Source: Octopus vulgaris
Taxonomy: Eukaryota
DNA: 64,000 bases
Assembly: GCA_951406725.2 (NCBI GenBank)
Contig: OX597827.1
Span: 83,638,001 to 83,702,000 of the forward strand
Direction of reading: 5' to 3'
Made by a program: the position numbers and the translations under genes. The notes beneath the pieces were generated by a model that was not told where the DNA came from, searched no databases, and was given only the letters and a program-made list of their open reading frames with translations. Within the stretch, counting starts at the first letter, position 1. Each line of letters begins with the position of its first letter. Of this stretch, positions 63,061 to 64,000 are shown piece after piece.

Positions 63061-63116
63061 GTCTCTGATGATGGAATATCCCATACTTTGGGATATCCCA
63101 GAAACAGCTGTAAGAC
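63061..63116 (+). ncRNA. Type I hammerhead ribozyme with intact core (PLE-type)
   Basis: GTCT-CTGATGA-TGGAATATCCCA(TACTT)TGGGATATCCCA-GAAAC-AGCT-GTA-AGAC; predicted cleavage after A63112. Confidence 0.85.
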
Positions 63117-64000
63117 TTTGAAAATTTTCCATTAATAATATTATATATGACTTGAGGTGTTTGTCTTTCCTAAATGCTTGTTGTCCTCTTTAACAATTCT
63201 AGATCCACTATATCGGAAATCTACAATGGTTCCATAACTCCCATCTTGGCTATAACCTTGGAGCCCTTGTGATTCATTACAGCACTTACCCAGCATACCT
63301 AGTTGTTTAGATCACCTGTGAACTAAACCCCCATATTTTGTGTGTGTAATATATATATATATATATTTATATGAGACCAAAAGTGTACATATGCCACTAT
63401 ATGTATATGTAAAAATAGAATGGAACAAGACCATGACAGGCAACAGCAAAACATTAGACAAAAGATAGAAGGACAGGAAAAAACAAGAACGGGTCATTTG
63501 GAGCCTTGTATCGTCAGTCAAGTTCTGATCATCCCTGCAGTTTTGGCCGGTTACATTCGAGACTGCTCCAATCTGGCCAAGAGCAATAGATTCTTTGGAA
63601 GAAAGCAAGTGAATGTATGCAAGGACGAAAAAACGGATAAATGTTACACAATTACAAATACAAACAACAAGACAATAACAACAGGTGTCTTTCGACTAAA
63701 GACAAATTAAATTAAGCTGGCATTTGTGGAGTGAAGCCTCGCGGCAGGAACATACGAGCTGAAAGTGATGGGAAGGAGTAGAAGAGATGCTGCAGAGATG
63801 GAAGCTGAATCTGACCTTTCTTTCTTGGTTCGACTTCCATCCATGAAGCATCTCTTATATTTCTTCCCATCACCTTGGACATCACCTTGGATAAAGGCCA
63901 AGGCTTTCTTTGTGTCTGTGTTTGTCCCCCTTCCTCCTCTACTTAACAACTAATGTTGGTTTGTTGACATCCCTGTAACTAAGCAGTTCAGCCAAACAGA

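Overview
Eukaryotic (animal) genomic DNA, AT-rich, with abundant (TA)n/(CA)n/(TAA)n/(GAT)n microsatellites and dense SINE/LINE/DNA-transposon debris. The repeat landscape looks like a coleoid cephalopod, probably Octopus (inference). Two spliced genes lie head-to-tail on the minus strand and were rebuilt exon by exon with GT-AG sites and consistent phases. TBP has 7 coding exons (32329->13323, 248 aa, short N-terminus, no polyQ). RAB24 has 7 coding exons (54180->40090, 213 aa) plus a candidate 36-nt cassette exon. Almost all other ORFs in the track are spurious or transposon fragments (RTE, R4/Dong, CR1/Jockey, mariner, Tc1, MITEs). The most striking unannotated signal is about ten hammerhead-ribozyme-like motifs of the Penelope-like-element (PLE) type, with different stems and short palindromic stem III. 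One has an intact core next to a 242-bp zero-spacer palindrome, one lies in sense orientation inside the last RAB24 intron, and one inverted pair brackets TTAGGG. All structures were folded by eye; no searches were run.
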